Shown: piece by piece, positions 8,779 through 18,798 of the stretch
Layout of the letters: each line of letters begins with the position of its first letter
Position numbering within the stretch: position 1 is the first letter of the stretch
Source of the DNA: Acidobacteriota bacterium
GTDB lineage: Bacteria; Acidobacteriota; Terriglobia; Acidiferrales; UBA7541
Assembly (NCBI GenBank): GCA_003224145.1
Contig: QHYN01000203.1
Coordinates: forward strand, 11,201 to 75,200
Direction of reading: 5' to 3'
Length of the DNA stretch: 64,000 nt
Notes under the pieces: model-generated
The model's database searches: none
Told to the model about the DNA's origin: nothing
Seen by the model: only the letters and a program-made list of their open reading frames with translations
Position numbers and translations under genes: made by a program

Positions 8779-10064
8779 TGAATTTGAGCTGGCTCTATGC
8801 GCTCAGTGTCGTGCTGGTTGGCCTCACGCTGCCCATTTTTTCCTACCTGACGCTGATCTACCGCGAATTAGGCCGGATGACCACGGGCCGCGTCCACGAA
8901 CATCTGGAGATTTTCGAAGCGGAGATCGAGCCCAAGCTGAAAATCAACCGCCGCAGCGGCGGGCGAACCTTCCGCATCCTCGGGCATTTCTGGCTGGCGT
9001 TTCTGGTGCTGGAGACCACGCGCGGCGTGGTGTACTTCGTTCCGGGAACGTGGGAATCGCTTCTGGAGTTTTGCGTATTTGTAATCCTCGAAGTGGTCCT
9101 TGCGATGCACTTCATTCCCGACATGCTGCTGTACCGCACTACGGGGCGCTGGCTGATTCCGCTCTTGCCATTGATCCGCGGGGCGATGTGGGTCGTTTGG
9201 CCCGTGCGCGTGTTCTTGGAAGGCGCGGAATCGCTCGCACGAATCTCCGAGCAGGAAGTCGAAAGGACCGAAGAACAGCGCACAGAAGAGGGCATCGAGG
9301 CGCTGGTGGAGGCCGCGGAAGAAGAAGGGATCATCGAGCCGGAGCAGGCGGACCTGATCGAGCAGGTCGTGGAATTCAGCGACAAGCGCGTGCGCGAAGT
9401 GATGACACCGCGACCGGACATCGTGGCGATCCCGGCGGATGCCACACTGGAAGAATTGCATGCGAAGGTCGTGGAAACGAAATTCAGCAAGATTCCGGTC
9501 TATGAAAAATCGCTCGACGATATTTTCGGCGTGGTTTACGCCCAGGATCTTTTGCAAATCGCGGATCAGGATTTGCCAAACCGGAAGGTGCGCGAACTGG
9601 CAAAACCAGTTTTGTTCATGCCGGAAACGAAGATTGGATCGGAGTTGCTGCGCGAAATGCGTCAGAAGGGGCAGCCGCTGGCCGTTGTTATCGATGAACA
9701 TGGAACGGTAGCGGGGATCGCTACCGTGGAAGACCTCGTCGAAGAAATTGTCGGTGAAAGCGGCAACGAGGGGAAGCCTTTTGCACCGGACGTCGTGCGC
9801 GAAGCGGACGGAGGACTAGTCATGCGCGGTAGCTTGGCCATCGACGCAGTCGAGGAACTGCTGGGCGTGCATTTTGGCGAGCAAGCCGACGAGACCGTAA
9901 CTACGCTGGCCGGTTTGTTGAGCCACGTCTCCCGCAAGGTGCCCGCGCCCGGAGACAAGATTGACCTGGAAGGCCATCGATTTGAAGTGGTGGAAGCAAA
10001 CCAGAGAAAGGTGTTGCGGGTCCGAATCCGCAAGCATATGAAGGTTGTTCCCACCAAGCGCTAG
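8778..10064 (+). CDS. Hemolysin/CorC-type protein (membrane domain + CBS pair + CorC_HlyC domain)
   Basis: N-terminal TM segments; VREVMTPRPDI; VIDEHGTVAGIATVEDLVEEIVGE; TTLAGLL C-terminal domain. Confidence 0.88.
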   Translation: MNLSWLYALSVVLVGLTLPIFSYLTLIYRELGRMTTGRVHEHLEIFEAEIEPKLKINRRSGGRTFRILGHFWLAFLVLETTRGVVYFVPGTWESLLEFCVFVILEVVLAMHFIPDMLLYRTTGRWLIPLLPLIRGAMWVVWPVRVFLEGAESLARISEQEVERTEEQRTEEGIEALVEAAEEEGIIEPEQADLIEQVVEFSDKRVREVMTPRPDIVAIPADATLEELHAKVVETKFSKIPVYEKSLDDIFGVVYAQDLLQIADQDLPNRKVRELAKPVLFMPETKIGSELLREMRQKGQPLAVVIDEHGTVAGIATVEDLVEEIVGESGNEGKPFAPDVVREADGGLVMRGSLAIDAVEELLGVHFGEQADETVTTLAGLLSHVSRKVPAPGDKIDLEGHRFEVVEANQRKVLRVRIRKHMKVVPTKR

Positions 10065-10092
10065 ATTTCGATAAACTGCGCGGCAAACACCA

Positions 10093-11040
10093 ATGGCCAG
10101 AAAAGAAAACGCAAAGAACAAGTTCCGATCCGGGTTCGTGGCCGTTATCGGGCGTCCGAACACGGGGAAGTCCACCCTGGTGAACCGGCTGGTGGGGCAA
10201 AAAATCGCGATTGTCACTTCCAAGCCGCAAACCACGCGCAACCGCATTCAGGGAATCGTAACCAAAGCGGAAGGACAGATTATTTTTATCGACACGCCGG
10301 GGCTGCACGAGGCGGATTCGGCGCTCGGAAGGCAAATGATGCAGGAAGTGGCAGCCGCGCTGGAAGGAATCGACGTCCTTTTGTTGATGGCTGATGCGAG
10401 CGAGACACAGGCCCATAAAGACGATTTCTTGCTGGAAAAAGCGAAGCGCTTTCGCGGCAAGACCATACTGGCGCTGAACAAGATTGACCGGTTGCCGAAA
10501 CCCAAGTTGCTGCCGCTCATCGAAGCGTTTGCCAAAGCCTTTGAGTTTTCCGCGATTGTTCCCATTTCCGCACTCCGGGGTGAAGGCTGCGATGCATTGC
10601 AGGCCGAAGTTTTCAAGCAATTGCCGGAAGGAGAAGCGTACTTTCCGGAAGATCAGGTGACGGACCAGCCGGAGCGTTTTCTGGCAGCGGAAATCATTCG
10701 CGAGAAAGCGATTCGCGTGATGTACCACGAAGTGCCTTATGCACTGGCGGTGTTCGTGGAAAGATTTGAGGAGACCCCGAAACTGCTGCGCATCGAGGCG
10801 GTCATGAGTGTGGAGCGCGATTCGCAGAGAAAGATCTTGATCGGCCACAAGGGTGAAATGCTCAAGAGAATTGGGACCGAAGCGCGCAAAGAGCTGGAGG
10901 CCCTCCTCGGAGCGAGAATTTATCTTGGGCTGTACGTAAAAGTGGCGCCGGATTGGCGCGAAAATCCACAGCGGGTGCGAGAACTTGATTGGCGCTTCCA
11001 ATTGGAAGGGCTTGCGCGCGACCGCGGCGACGAGGAATGA
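10093..11040 (+). CDS. era: GTPase Era
   Basis: GRPNTGKST, KPQTTR, DTPG and NKID motifs; C-terminal KH domain (ILIGHKGEMLKRIG). Confidence 0.96.
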   Translation: MARKENAKNKFRSGFVAVIGRPNTGKSTLVNRLVGQKIAIVTSKPQTTRNRIQGIVTKAEGQIIFIDTPGLHEADSALGRQMMQEVAAALEGIDVLLLMADASETQAHKDDFLLEKAKRFRGKTILALNKIDRLPKPKLLPLIEAFAKAFEFSAIVPISALRGEGCDALQAEVFKQLPEGEAYFPEDQVTDQPERFLAAEIIREKAIRVMYHEVPYALAVFVERFEETPKLLRIEAVMSVERDSQRKILIGHKGEMLKRIGTEARKELEALLGARIYLGLYVKVAPDWRENPQRVRELDWRFQLEGLARDRGDEE

Positions 11041-11116
11041 ACAGTCTACTTCCGCTCATGACGCACGTCCGCAGACAGTTTCCATGGCGCAATTTTCAGT
11101 TGCTCCTTCTCTTCGG

Positions 11117-11728
11117 TCAATACGCAGAGGACGCTCCATTGCGGCCGTAGCCTCCAAAGGACCAGCGCACGCCAAAGGTGGCATAGAGACCGTAAGGACC
11201 GTTGGTGTGAAGGTCTGCCGTGCCCAGAGACTTGCTGTAGCGACCGAGCCAATCCACCTGATGTTGTGTCGCGCGCAGCTCGAAATTTTTCGGTAATTGA
11301 AACCCGATTCCAATGCAGCGGTCGTACGCAATCGGCTCCATTGAAGCGGCGTAAGTTGTTTGCGGGATATTTCGCCCGAAGCTGAATTTCGGCTCGAAGA
11401 AAAGGAAAAAGTGACGGAACGGCGTGCGACCCAGCGGCTGTACCTCCAGATATCCGCTGAAGAGATAGCGCGCGTAGGCCGTGCACATGGAAGCCGCCCC
11501 GCCCGCACTGGCTGGCTGGGGAAACATGCAGCGTCCAAGATCCGGCTCGTTGTGCGACGGCGCCACCGAGAAATCCGTATAGCCACGGACCCAGTTCGGT
11601 GGGAAAAATGTCCGTGGTTCTGCCGCCACGTGGGATACGCGGCCCGCTTTGGCGGCGGAGGTCTGTGCGTGCGCAGCAAAAGCCGAGACAGTCATGAAGG
11701 CCGTCAAAGCGATAAGGATTCTTTTCAT
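11117..11728 (-). CDS. Secreted hypothetical protein, possibly a small outer-membrane beta-barrel
   Basis: Signal peptide MKRILIALTAF...AHA|Q; alternating aromatic beta-strands, last one ATFGVRWSF. ATG at 11728. Confidence 0.6.
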   Translation of the reverse strand: MKRILIALTAFMTVSAFAAHAQTSAAKAGRVSHVAAEPRTFFPPNWVRGYTDFSVAPSHNEPDLGRCMFPQPASAGGAASMCTAYARYLFSGYLEVQPLGRTPFRHFFLFFEPKFSFGRNIPQTTYAASMEPIAYDRCIGIGFQLPKNFELRATQHQVDWLGRYSKSLGTADLHTNGPYGLYATFGVRWSFGGYGRNGASSAY

Positions 11729-11967
11729 CGGGATTCTCCAAGTTACCGGCGTGCGTCGCAAATCGATTGGCCGGCAGGCAAAGATAGCTCAGAAGATCAG
11801 TGAATGAAACGGCGGTGGACCGCAAGCGTCCGCGTGAGAACCGCTGATCCAGTCATTGTTGTGAAATGTGAGACACGGGTTGGGCGGATTCTACACGAAT
11901 TCGGTTTCCCGCGGGAAAAAGAGAGCTGCACCGCGGCGTAACGACGGCTCTGCCGGTTCGAAAAGTG

Positions 11968-13326
11968 TTAGTCCGGCGCGGCGATCCCCAGAGATTTCAT
12001 CTTGCGATAGAGGTGGCTGCGCTCGAGACCGAGAGCGCTGGCCGTCTGCGTCATGTTCCAACGATGCTCCTGCAATTTGCGAAGGATAAACTCGCGCTCG
12101 TAGGCGCTGCGAGCTTCGTGGAGTGTTGAATAAGGATGGTGAGGGCTCTCCGAAACTCCACGAAAGAGTTCGGGCGGAAGGTGATGTGGCTCGATGCGAG
12201 CCTGGGGACACACGATGACCAATCTTTCCACCAGATTCCGCAACTCGCGCACGTTTCCAGGCCAGGGATACCGAAGAAGAATTTCCATGGCGCCCTCGCT
12301 GAGCTCTCGGGTCTTCTTGCCATAGGCGGAGCTGAACTCCCTGAGGAAATAGTTCGCCAACGTGGGGATGTCCTCTTTGCGATCTCGAAGGGGCGGAACA
12401 TAGAAGGGAATGACGTTCAAACGGTAAAAGAGATCCTGGCGAAAGACACCGCGCGCGATTTCCTGCTCGAGATTCTTGTTGGTTGCAGCGATAACGCGCA
12501 CGTCGACGCTGGTGGCAACGTTGGACCCCACGCGTTCGAAGCGCTGTTCTTCGAGAACCCGAAGAACTTTTGATTGCGTGCGCAGGCTCATATCACCGAT
12601 CTCATCGAGGAAGAGCGTGCCGCCGTCGGCTTTCTGGAATTTTCCGATTTTATCTTCCGAAGCACCCGTGAAGCTGCCTTTAATGTGCCCAAAAAGTTCG
12701 GACTCGATCAGCTCCTCGGGAATGGCCGCGCAATTGACTTCCACAAAGGGGCCCTTGGCACGAAGGCTGGCCGCGTGCAGAGCGCGGGCCACCAGCTCTT
12801 TGCCGGTACCGCTTTCGCCGTAGATCAGCACGCGACCGTTGGTCGGAGCGGTGACGGCAATCTGCTGGCGCAGCGCCTTCATGGGGACGCTGCCGCCAAT
12901 AACTTGGTAGCGATGGCCCAGCTCGCTCCGCAGCAGCAGGTTTTCCTCTTCCAAACGGCGTTGCTGGAGCGCGTTGCGGACTAAAACGATGATCTTCTCC
13001 AGTGAGAGAGGCTTCTCGATGAAATCGAAAGCCCCGAGCTTGGTGGCGCGCACAGCGGTTTCGATGGTGCTATGGCCAGAGATCATGATAACCGCGGGCG
13101 GGCGGGGCAGCGCTTGCAAGCGGCTGAGTGCTTCGAGGCCGTCGATGCCCGGAAGCCAGACGTCAAGAAGAACAACTTCCAGATCACCGGCGGCGGCACG
13201 TTCCAGGGCTTCCTCCGCGGATCCCACAGCCTCCACCTGATGGCCTTCGTCGCTGAGGATCGAGGAGAGCGATTCGCGAATGCCGGCTTCGTCGTCGACG
13301 ATGAGGAGGCGTGGTCTAGTGGTCAT
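11968..13326 (-). CDS. Sigma54-dependent response regulator, NtrX-like
   Basis: Receiver domain (IVDDE, LDVW), GESGTGKE, GSFTGA, WPGNVREL and a Fis-type HTH; overlaps the stop of an NtrY-like kinase. Confidence 0.9.
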   Translation of the reverse strand: MTTRPRLLIVDDEAGIRESLSSILSDEGHQVEAVGSAEEALERAAAGDLEVVLLDVWLPGIDGLEALSRLQALPRPPAVIMISGHSTIETAVRATKLGAFDFIEKPLSLEKIIVLVRNALQQRRLEEENLLLRSELGHRYQVIGGSVPMKALRQQIAVTAPTNGRVLIYGESGTGKELVARALHAASLRAKGPFVEVNCAAIPEELIESELFGHIKGSFTGASEDKIGKFQKADGGTLFLDEIGDMSLRTQSKVLRVLEEQRFERVGSNVATSVDVRVIAATNKNLEQEIARGVFRQDLFYRLNVIPFYVPPLRDRKEDIPTLANYFLREFSSAYGKKTRELSEGAMEILLRYPWPGNVRELRNLVERLVIVCPQARIEPHHLPPELFRGVSESPHHPYSTLHEARSAYEREFILRKLQEHRWNMTQTASALGLERSHLYRKMKSLGIAAPD

Positions 13327-15563
13327 GGAGCGGTGTCTATTCCATTGGGGTTGGCAATGATGGCGGGGGTCAATTCCGCGACCGGCAATTCGATCACGAA
13401 ACGCGAGCCAATGGGGGAGTTATCTTCGACATGGATGCTTCCGCCGTGCTCCGCGATGATGCGCGCGGCGATGGCCAGACCAAGTCCAGTCCCACGGTCT
13501 TTTGTGGAGAAATGCGGCAGGAAAAGCTTGTCCTTGTCTTCGGGTGAAATCCCGTGGCCCGTGTCGGAAACGGAGATTTCCACGGTCTCGGAATCGGTCA
13601 GCGCTTTGGTAGAAACAGAAATCTCGCGGAAGGGGGAGTTCTCGAGGGCTTCCGCGGCATTGTCGATGAGATTAACGACCACGCTGCGCAGCAAGCCGGT
13701 ATCGGCCCTCACCTGAGGGAGATTGTCGGCCAAATTTGTCTTTAAGGTAATGCCATCGAGCCTTCCGGAGAAAACTTCGATAGCTTGCCGGACGATGGTG
13801 TTGGCGCTCACGGAGGCAAGCTTGGCGGAAGGGAAGCGCACAAATTGAGAGAATTCGTTCACGAGCGCGGCGAGCGTGGAAACCTCGCGTTCGATCAGGC
13901 GCGAACATTCCTGCACCAGCTTCGCCAATTCTGTGTCTCCGGGGACTCCCGGTGGGGACGGGTCCCGCCGCTCCAGGAATCGCGAAAGGCGCTGGGCGGA
14001 GAGTTGAATAGGTGTCAAGGGATTCTTGATCTCGTGAGCGATGCGCCGCGCCACTTCCTGCCACGCGGCGGTTTTCTGTGCGCGGAGCAATTCCGACAAA
14101 TCATCCAAAACGAGAACATAACCGGTGTTCGCCCGGCGCGGTCCGAGCGAGCTCACGGTAACCGCCAGGTGTGCAAGGCGACCGGTGACTACCGTCTCTA
14201 TCTCCCGCGAGACCACTCCCATGCGGAGGGATCTGCGCATCAAGTATTGCACGGTCCGCGCGGAGTCAGCTCCCAGCAGTTCCTCAAGAGAATGGATGTC
14301 CTGTCCCTGGACTCCGAACATCCGTAAAACGGAAGTGTTCATCCGCTGAATACTTCCGGAACTGTCGAGCGAAATCACGCCGGTGGGAATATTTTCCAGT
14401 ACGGTTTCCATCAATTGCCGCCGGCGTTCAAGCTCTTGAACCGCCTGCTGGAGGTTGCGTGTGAACTCATCGATTTGAGACCGGCTATCCCGCAGTTGCG
14501 TGGTCATGGTGTTAAACGAGCGCACCAGTACGCCGAGCTCGTCCTGAGCCTGCTCCGGGACCTGGTAATCAAAGTTGCCGGAAGAAACTTCTCGCGTACC
14601 TTCCGCGAGAGCCTGAATGGGAACAGTGACCTGCTTGGCTAGAAACAGAGCCACCCACATCACCGCGGAGAAGAGGAGCAGCGTAAAGAGAAGGAGAATG
14701 TATAGCATGAGGCGCTTCAGCGCGCGTAAGTCCTGTTTCTCCTCGTAATACTCGCGCGTCTGAGATTCAATTGCCGTGAGCCTTGGGAGTATGTCCGGAC
14801 TCGTTCGGAATCCCGCAACGATGGAGCCCCCTGCCTTGTCTTTCTGCGAAGCCGGGACCCTGGTGGCAAAGTAATTCCTTCCGCCTGCCGACCAAACTTC
14901 GACCCCGCTGGCCAGCGTTCGCAAATACTTGCCAGGAACATCAGGCTGCATGCAAATCTTGCCGGTACGATTCTCCGGCTGGTTGTCACAAACAATGCCA
15001 CCGCGAAGGTTTTTTCCTTCCCTGTCGAGAACCCACAGGGCATCCGCGCCCTTCGCGAACGCCAGCTGCAGAAAATCTTTGTCCGGGTGAGCGGCATCTT
15101 CACGCGCCTGCAATGCCATCCAACGTAGACGCGGCAATTGCGCCCGTCCCAGGTCGTTCAGCAGCTTTTGCGTCTCTTCAGAGGCGTTCTCCAGAGGCTT
15201 CGGGAACCAGAGCAGCAGGCTACGATTGATCAGGGAGTAGCTGACGATAAACATGAAGATGATCGGTAACAGGGAAATGGCCATGGCACCGACAACCATC
15301 TTTGTCTTAAAGCGTGCGCCGAACTGCTCCCGGCTGCTTTCCGCCCAGAGCCTAAGCGTGGTTCGCATGAGGATGAGGCCGAAGACAAGAAAGGCGGCGG
15401 TGATAAAACTGGAAACGGCAAAGAACTCCATCCTGGCACGCCAACTCTTCGGTTCGAGAGGCACATCGAGCGAGCCGAAGGTAAAAACGCCGGCAAGCAG
15501 CAAGGTCAGCAGGATTCCGCCAATGGCCAGGCCCCAACGCTGTTTGGTTTCCAACCGGCTCAT
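13323..15563 (-). CDS. HAMP/PAS sensor histidine kinase, NtrY-like
   Basis: H-box ARRIAHEIKNPLTPIQLSAQRL; HAMP (DELGVLVRSFNTM); G boxes DTGHG and GTGLGL; several TM helices. ATG 15563 preferred to the ORF-track start. Confidence 0.88.
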   Translation of the reverse strand: MSRLETKQRWGLAIGGILLTLLLAGVFTFGSLDVPLEPKSWRARMEFFAVSSFITAAFLVFGLILMRTTLRLWAESSREQFGARFKTKMVVGAMAISLLPIIFMFIVSYSLINRSLLLWFPKPLENASEETQKLLNDLGRAQLPRLRWMALQAREDAAHPDKDFLQLAFAKGADALWVLDREGKNLRGGIVCDNQPENRTGKICMQPDVPGKYLRTLASGVEVWSAGGRNYFATRVPASQKDKAGGSIVAGFRTSPDILPRLTAIESQTREYYEEKQDLRALKRLMLYILLLFTLLLFSAVMWVALFLAKQVTVPIQALAEGTREVSSGNFDYQVPEQAQDELGVLVRSFNTMTTQLRDSRSQIDEFTRNLQQAVQELERRRQLMETVLENIPTGVISLDSSGSIQRMNTSVLRMFGVQGQDIHSLEELLGADSARTVQYLMRRSLRMGVVSREIETVVTGRLAHLAVTVSSLGPRRANTGYVLVLDDLSELLRAQKTAAWQEVARRIAHEIKNPLTPIQLSAQRLSRFLERRDPSPPGVPGDTELAKLVQECSRLIEREVSTLAALVNEFSQFVRFPSAKLASVSANTIVRQAIEVFSGRLDGITLKTNLADNLPQVRADTGLLRSVVVNLIDNAAEALENSPFREISVSTKALTDSETVEISVSDTGHGISPEDKDKLFLPHFSTKDRGTGLGLAIAARIIAEHGGSIHVEDNSPIGSRFVIELPVAELTPAIIANPNGIDTAP

Positions 15564-15709
15564 GGGGTAACCGACTTTCGGTAACCTGTTCTGGTCCAAT
15601 TGGCGAGTTTGCAGCCGCACCTTTGGCCTGCTTCGCTGACAATTCTCGGCATCAGCGACCGCCGAGGAGCGGAAAGTGTTGTTGATGCGCGCGCAAGCAT
15701 TTCTCTGGC

Positions 15710-15737
15710 AAGATAACACCCTGAGGAGGCAAGTCAA
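15710..15737 (-). promoter_or_regulatory. Possible sigma70 promoter for the ntrY/ntrX-like operon
   Basis: Minus strand TTGACT-16 nt-TATCTT with a TG extension before the -10 box. Confidence 0.4.
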
Positions 15738-15883
15738 GATTTTCACCTGTCCCCCTTGCAGGAAGACCTGCCCGGCCGTACAGGTATTAGCGATTTCAGA
15801 ACGAAGCGCGAAATTCTGACTCCGCTCTCCGCTATCATTTGCTAAGGTGAGCCGTGGGTGCAAACCCGCCGGGAGTATTGTGG

Positions 15884-17602
15884 ATGTCCGTCCGTCTTGG
15901 CGAGATACTAGTCAAGGAAAGCCTGATCACGCAGGAACAGCTTCAGAAGGCGCTGGAGTTTCAGCGTGCTAATGGGGGCAAGCTGGGAAGCTGCCTGACG
16001 AGGATGGGGTTCATCACTGACGACGACATCACCGGCGTGCTCTCCCGCCAGTATGGCGTTCCCTCGATTAATCTGAAGTATTACGAGATCGACCCCAACG
16101 TGATCAAGCTGATCCCGCAGGACACTGCCTCGCGTTACCAGGTCATTCCGCTTTCGCGCGTTGGCTCTGTTCTGACCATTGCCATGACGGATCCCACGAA
16201 CGTCTTCGCGATGGACGACATCAAGTTCATGACTGGTTTCAACGTCGAGCCGGTGGTGGCTTCCGAAGCGGCCATCGGCGATGCGATCCTGCGCTTCTAC
16301 GGCGGGTCGTCCACAAACCAGGAAGAACTCACCAACTTGATGAAAGATCTTGTGGACGAGGACCAGGAGCTGGAACTGGCCGCCGAAGAATCGGAGCTGG
16401 ATGCCGCCTCGCTCGAAAAGGCGGCTGAAGAAGCTCCCATCATCAAGCTCGTCAACTTGATCCTGACCGATTCGGTGAAACGCGGCGCGAGCGACATTCA
16501 CGTCGAGCCTTACGAAGTGGAAATGCGCGTGCGATTCCGAGTTGACGGACAACTTCAAACGGTCATGTCCCCGCCACTCCGATTGAAGGATGCCATCACC
16601 AGCCGCATAAAGATCATGGCCAAGCTGGACATTGCGGAGAAGCGCCTGCCGCAGGACGGCCGCATCATGATCAAGTACAAGGCCGAAGGAAAGAAAAAGG
16701 AACTGGACTTCCGCGTGTCGACGGTGCCAACGCTGTTTGGCGAAAAGATCGTTTTGCGGTTGCTGGACAAGGAAAACCTGCGGCTGGATATGACCAAGCT
16801 GGGCCTTGAAGCGGAATCCCTCGAAAAATTCCAACGGAACATCATGAAGCCCTATGGCATGGTGCTGGTGACTGGTCCAACGGGTTCGGGAAAAACAAAC
16901 ACTCTCTATTCCTCAGTATCAACGCTGAACACCGTCGATACCAACATCATGACGGCCGAAGATCCCGTCGAGTTCCAATTGGCGGGAATCAATCAGGTTC
17001 AGATGAAAGAGCAGATCGGCTTGAACTTCGCGGCGTCGCTGCGTGCTTTCCTCCGGCAAGACCCTAATATCATCCTGGTGGGCGAGATCCGCGACTTTGA
17101 AACCGCGGAAATCGCTGTAAAGGCCGCGTTGACCGGCCACTTGGTGCTCTCCACGCTTCACACCAACGACGCTCCTTCCACCATCAGCCGCTTAATGAAC
17201 ATGGGCATTGAGCCGTTCCTTGTGGCGACTTCCGTGAACTTGATTTGCGCGCAGCGTTTGGTGCGGCGCATCTGTTCGAATTGCAAGGCGGAATTGGACA
17301 TCCCGGAGCAAGCGCTGATTGATGCGGGGTATACGCCGGAAGAAGCAAAGAAGACGAAAATTTATCACGGCAAAGGCTGCACGACCTGCGGCAAGCGTGG
17401 CTATAAGGGCCGCACCGGCCTGTATGAAGTCATGGAAATTAACGACGAGTTGCGCGAGCTGATCCTTGTTGGTGCTTCCGCATTGGAGCTGAAGAAGAAG
17501 GCAATCGAGCAGGGAATGATTACGCTCCGCCGCAGCGGCTTAATCAAGGTGGCACTAGGACAGACCACCATGGAAGAGGTCTTGCGCGAAACGGTTTTAT
17601 AG
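15884..17602 (+). CDS. pilB: Type IV pilus assembly ATPase PilB with an N-terminal MshEN-like motif
   Basis: RLGEILV...LQKALEFQ...KLG; GPTGSGKT; LRQDPNIILVGEIRD; CxxC pairs CSNC and CTTC. Confidence 0.95.
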   Translation: MSVRLGEILVKESLITQEQLQKALEFQRANGGKLGSCLTRMGFITDDDITGVLSRQYGVPSINLKYYEIDPNVIKLIPQDTASRYQVIPLSRVGSVLTIAMTDPTNVFAMDDIKFMTGFNVEPVVASEAAIGDAILRFYGGSSTNQEELTNLMKDLVDEDQELELAAEESELDAASLEKAAEEAPIIKLVNLILTDSVKRGASDIHVEPYEVEMRVRFRVDGQLQTVMSPPLRLKDAITSRIKIMAKLDIAEKRLPQDGRIMIKYKAEGKKKELDFRVSTVPTLFGEKIVLRLLDKENLRLDMTKLGLEAESLEKFQRNIMKPYGMVLVTGPTGSGKTNTLYSSVSTLNTVDTNIMTAEDPVEFQLAGINQVQMKEQIGLNFAASLRAFLRQDPNIILVGEIRDFETAEIAVKAALTGHLVLSTLHTNDAPSTISRLMNMGIEPFLVATSVNLICAQRLVRRICSNCKAELDIPEQALIDAGYTPEEAKKTKIYHGKGCTTCGKRGYKGRTGLYEVMEINDELRELILVGASALELKKKAIEQGMITLRRSGLIKVALGQTTMEEVLRETVL

Positions 17603-17617
17603 AATTGAGGATAGGCG

Positions 17618-18742
17618 ATGGCCGGAATTACACTGAGTGAATTGCTGAAGAAGATGATCGAAATGGGAGGCAGCGACCTGCATATCACCACGAACAGCGC
17701 CCCTCGTGTGCGCGTGCACGGAAAACTCCGGCCACTGGACATGCCGCCGCTGACAGCGGCGGATACCAAGTCCCTGGCCTACAGCGTGCTCACGGATGCA
17801 CAGAAGCACCGGTTCGAAGAAAACCTGGAATTGGATTTTTCCTTCGGTTTGAAAAGCCTGGCTCGGTTCCGCGGAAACGTGTTCAATCAACGCGGCGCGG
17901 TCGGCGCCGTGTTCCGTACCATTCCATGGGAGATCAAGGGATTCGAGGCATTGGGTCTGCCTCTCGTGGTGAAAGGCCTGTGTGACAAGCCTCGCGGGCT
18001 TGTCCTGGTCACCGGACCCACCGGCTCTGGCAAGTCCACCACGCTCGCCGCCATGCTGGACAAGATCAACGGTGAACGTGAAGAGCACATGATCACCATC
18101 GAAGATCCCATCGAATTCCTTCACAACCACAAGAGGTGCCTAGTGAACCAACGCGAGGTTCACGCCGACACACATTCGTTCGCGAACTCACTCCGTGCGG
18201 CGCTGCGCGAAGACCCGGACGTCGTCCTGATCGGTGAAATGCGCGACCTAGAAACCATCGAGTCCGCCCTCCGCATCGCCGAAACCGGCCACTTAACCTT
18301 CGCGACGCTGCACACGAATTCCGCGTCTTCGACTATCAACCGTATCATCGATGTCTTTCCTGCGCATCAGCAGCCGCAGATTCGCGCCCAACTCTCCATG
18401 GTGCTCGAAGGGATTCTCTGTCAGGCGCTCCTTCCGCGCGCCGATGGGCGCGGCCGCGCGATGATTATGGAGGTACTTATTCCAACGGCCGCGATCCGCA
18501 ACCTCATCCGCGAGGACAAGATTCACCAGATTTATTCGGCAATGCAGACGGGTACCGGGCAAACGGGAATGCAGACTTTTAACCAGGGTCTCGCGAACGC
18601 CTATTTTGCAAAGCTAATTACGCTGGACCTGGCTCTCTCTCGTTCATCGAACCCCGATGAACTGCAGGATATGATCAACCGTGGGGTCGCTACGACGGGC
18701 AGCGGGGTCGGGGTGAAGGCACCTGTAGCCAACAGGCGCTAA
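17618..18742 (+). CDS. pilT: Type IV pilus retraction ATPase PilT
   Basis: GPTGSGKST, LREDPDVVLIGEMRD, TLHTNSA, and AIRNLIRE (the PilT hallmark). Confidence 0.96.
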   Translation: MAGITLSELLKKMIEMGGSDLHITTNSAPRVRVHGKLRPLDMPPLTAADTKSLAYSVLTDAQKHRFEENLELDFSFGLKSLARFRGNVFNQRGAVGAVFRTIPWEIKGFEALGLPLVVKGLCDKPRGLVLVTGPTGSGKSTTLAAMLDKINGEREEHMITIEDPIEFLHNHKRCLVNQREVHADTHSFANSLRAALREDPDVVLIGEMRDLETIESALRIAETGHLTFATLHTNSASSTINRIIDVFPAHQQPQIRAQLSMVLEGILCQALLPRADGRGRAMIMEVLIPTAAIRNLIREDKIHQIYSAMQTGTGQTGMQTFNQGLANAYFAKLITLDLALSRSSNPDELQDMINRGVATTGSGVGVKAPVANRR

Positions 18743-18798
18743 AGGATTGGCGAAGCAGCCGTAGGTCAAAGAGATCAAAGAACTAAGGAGGCAATGCG

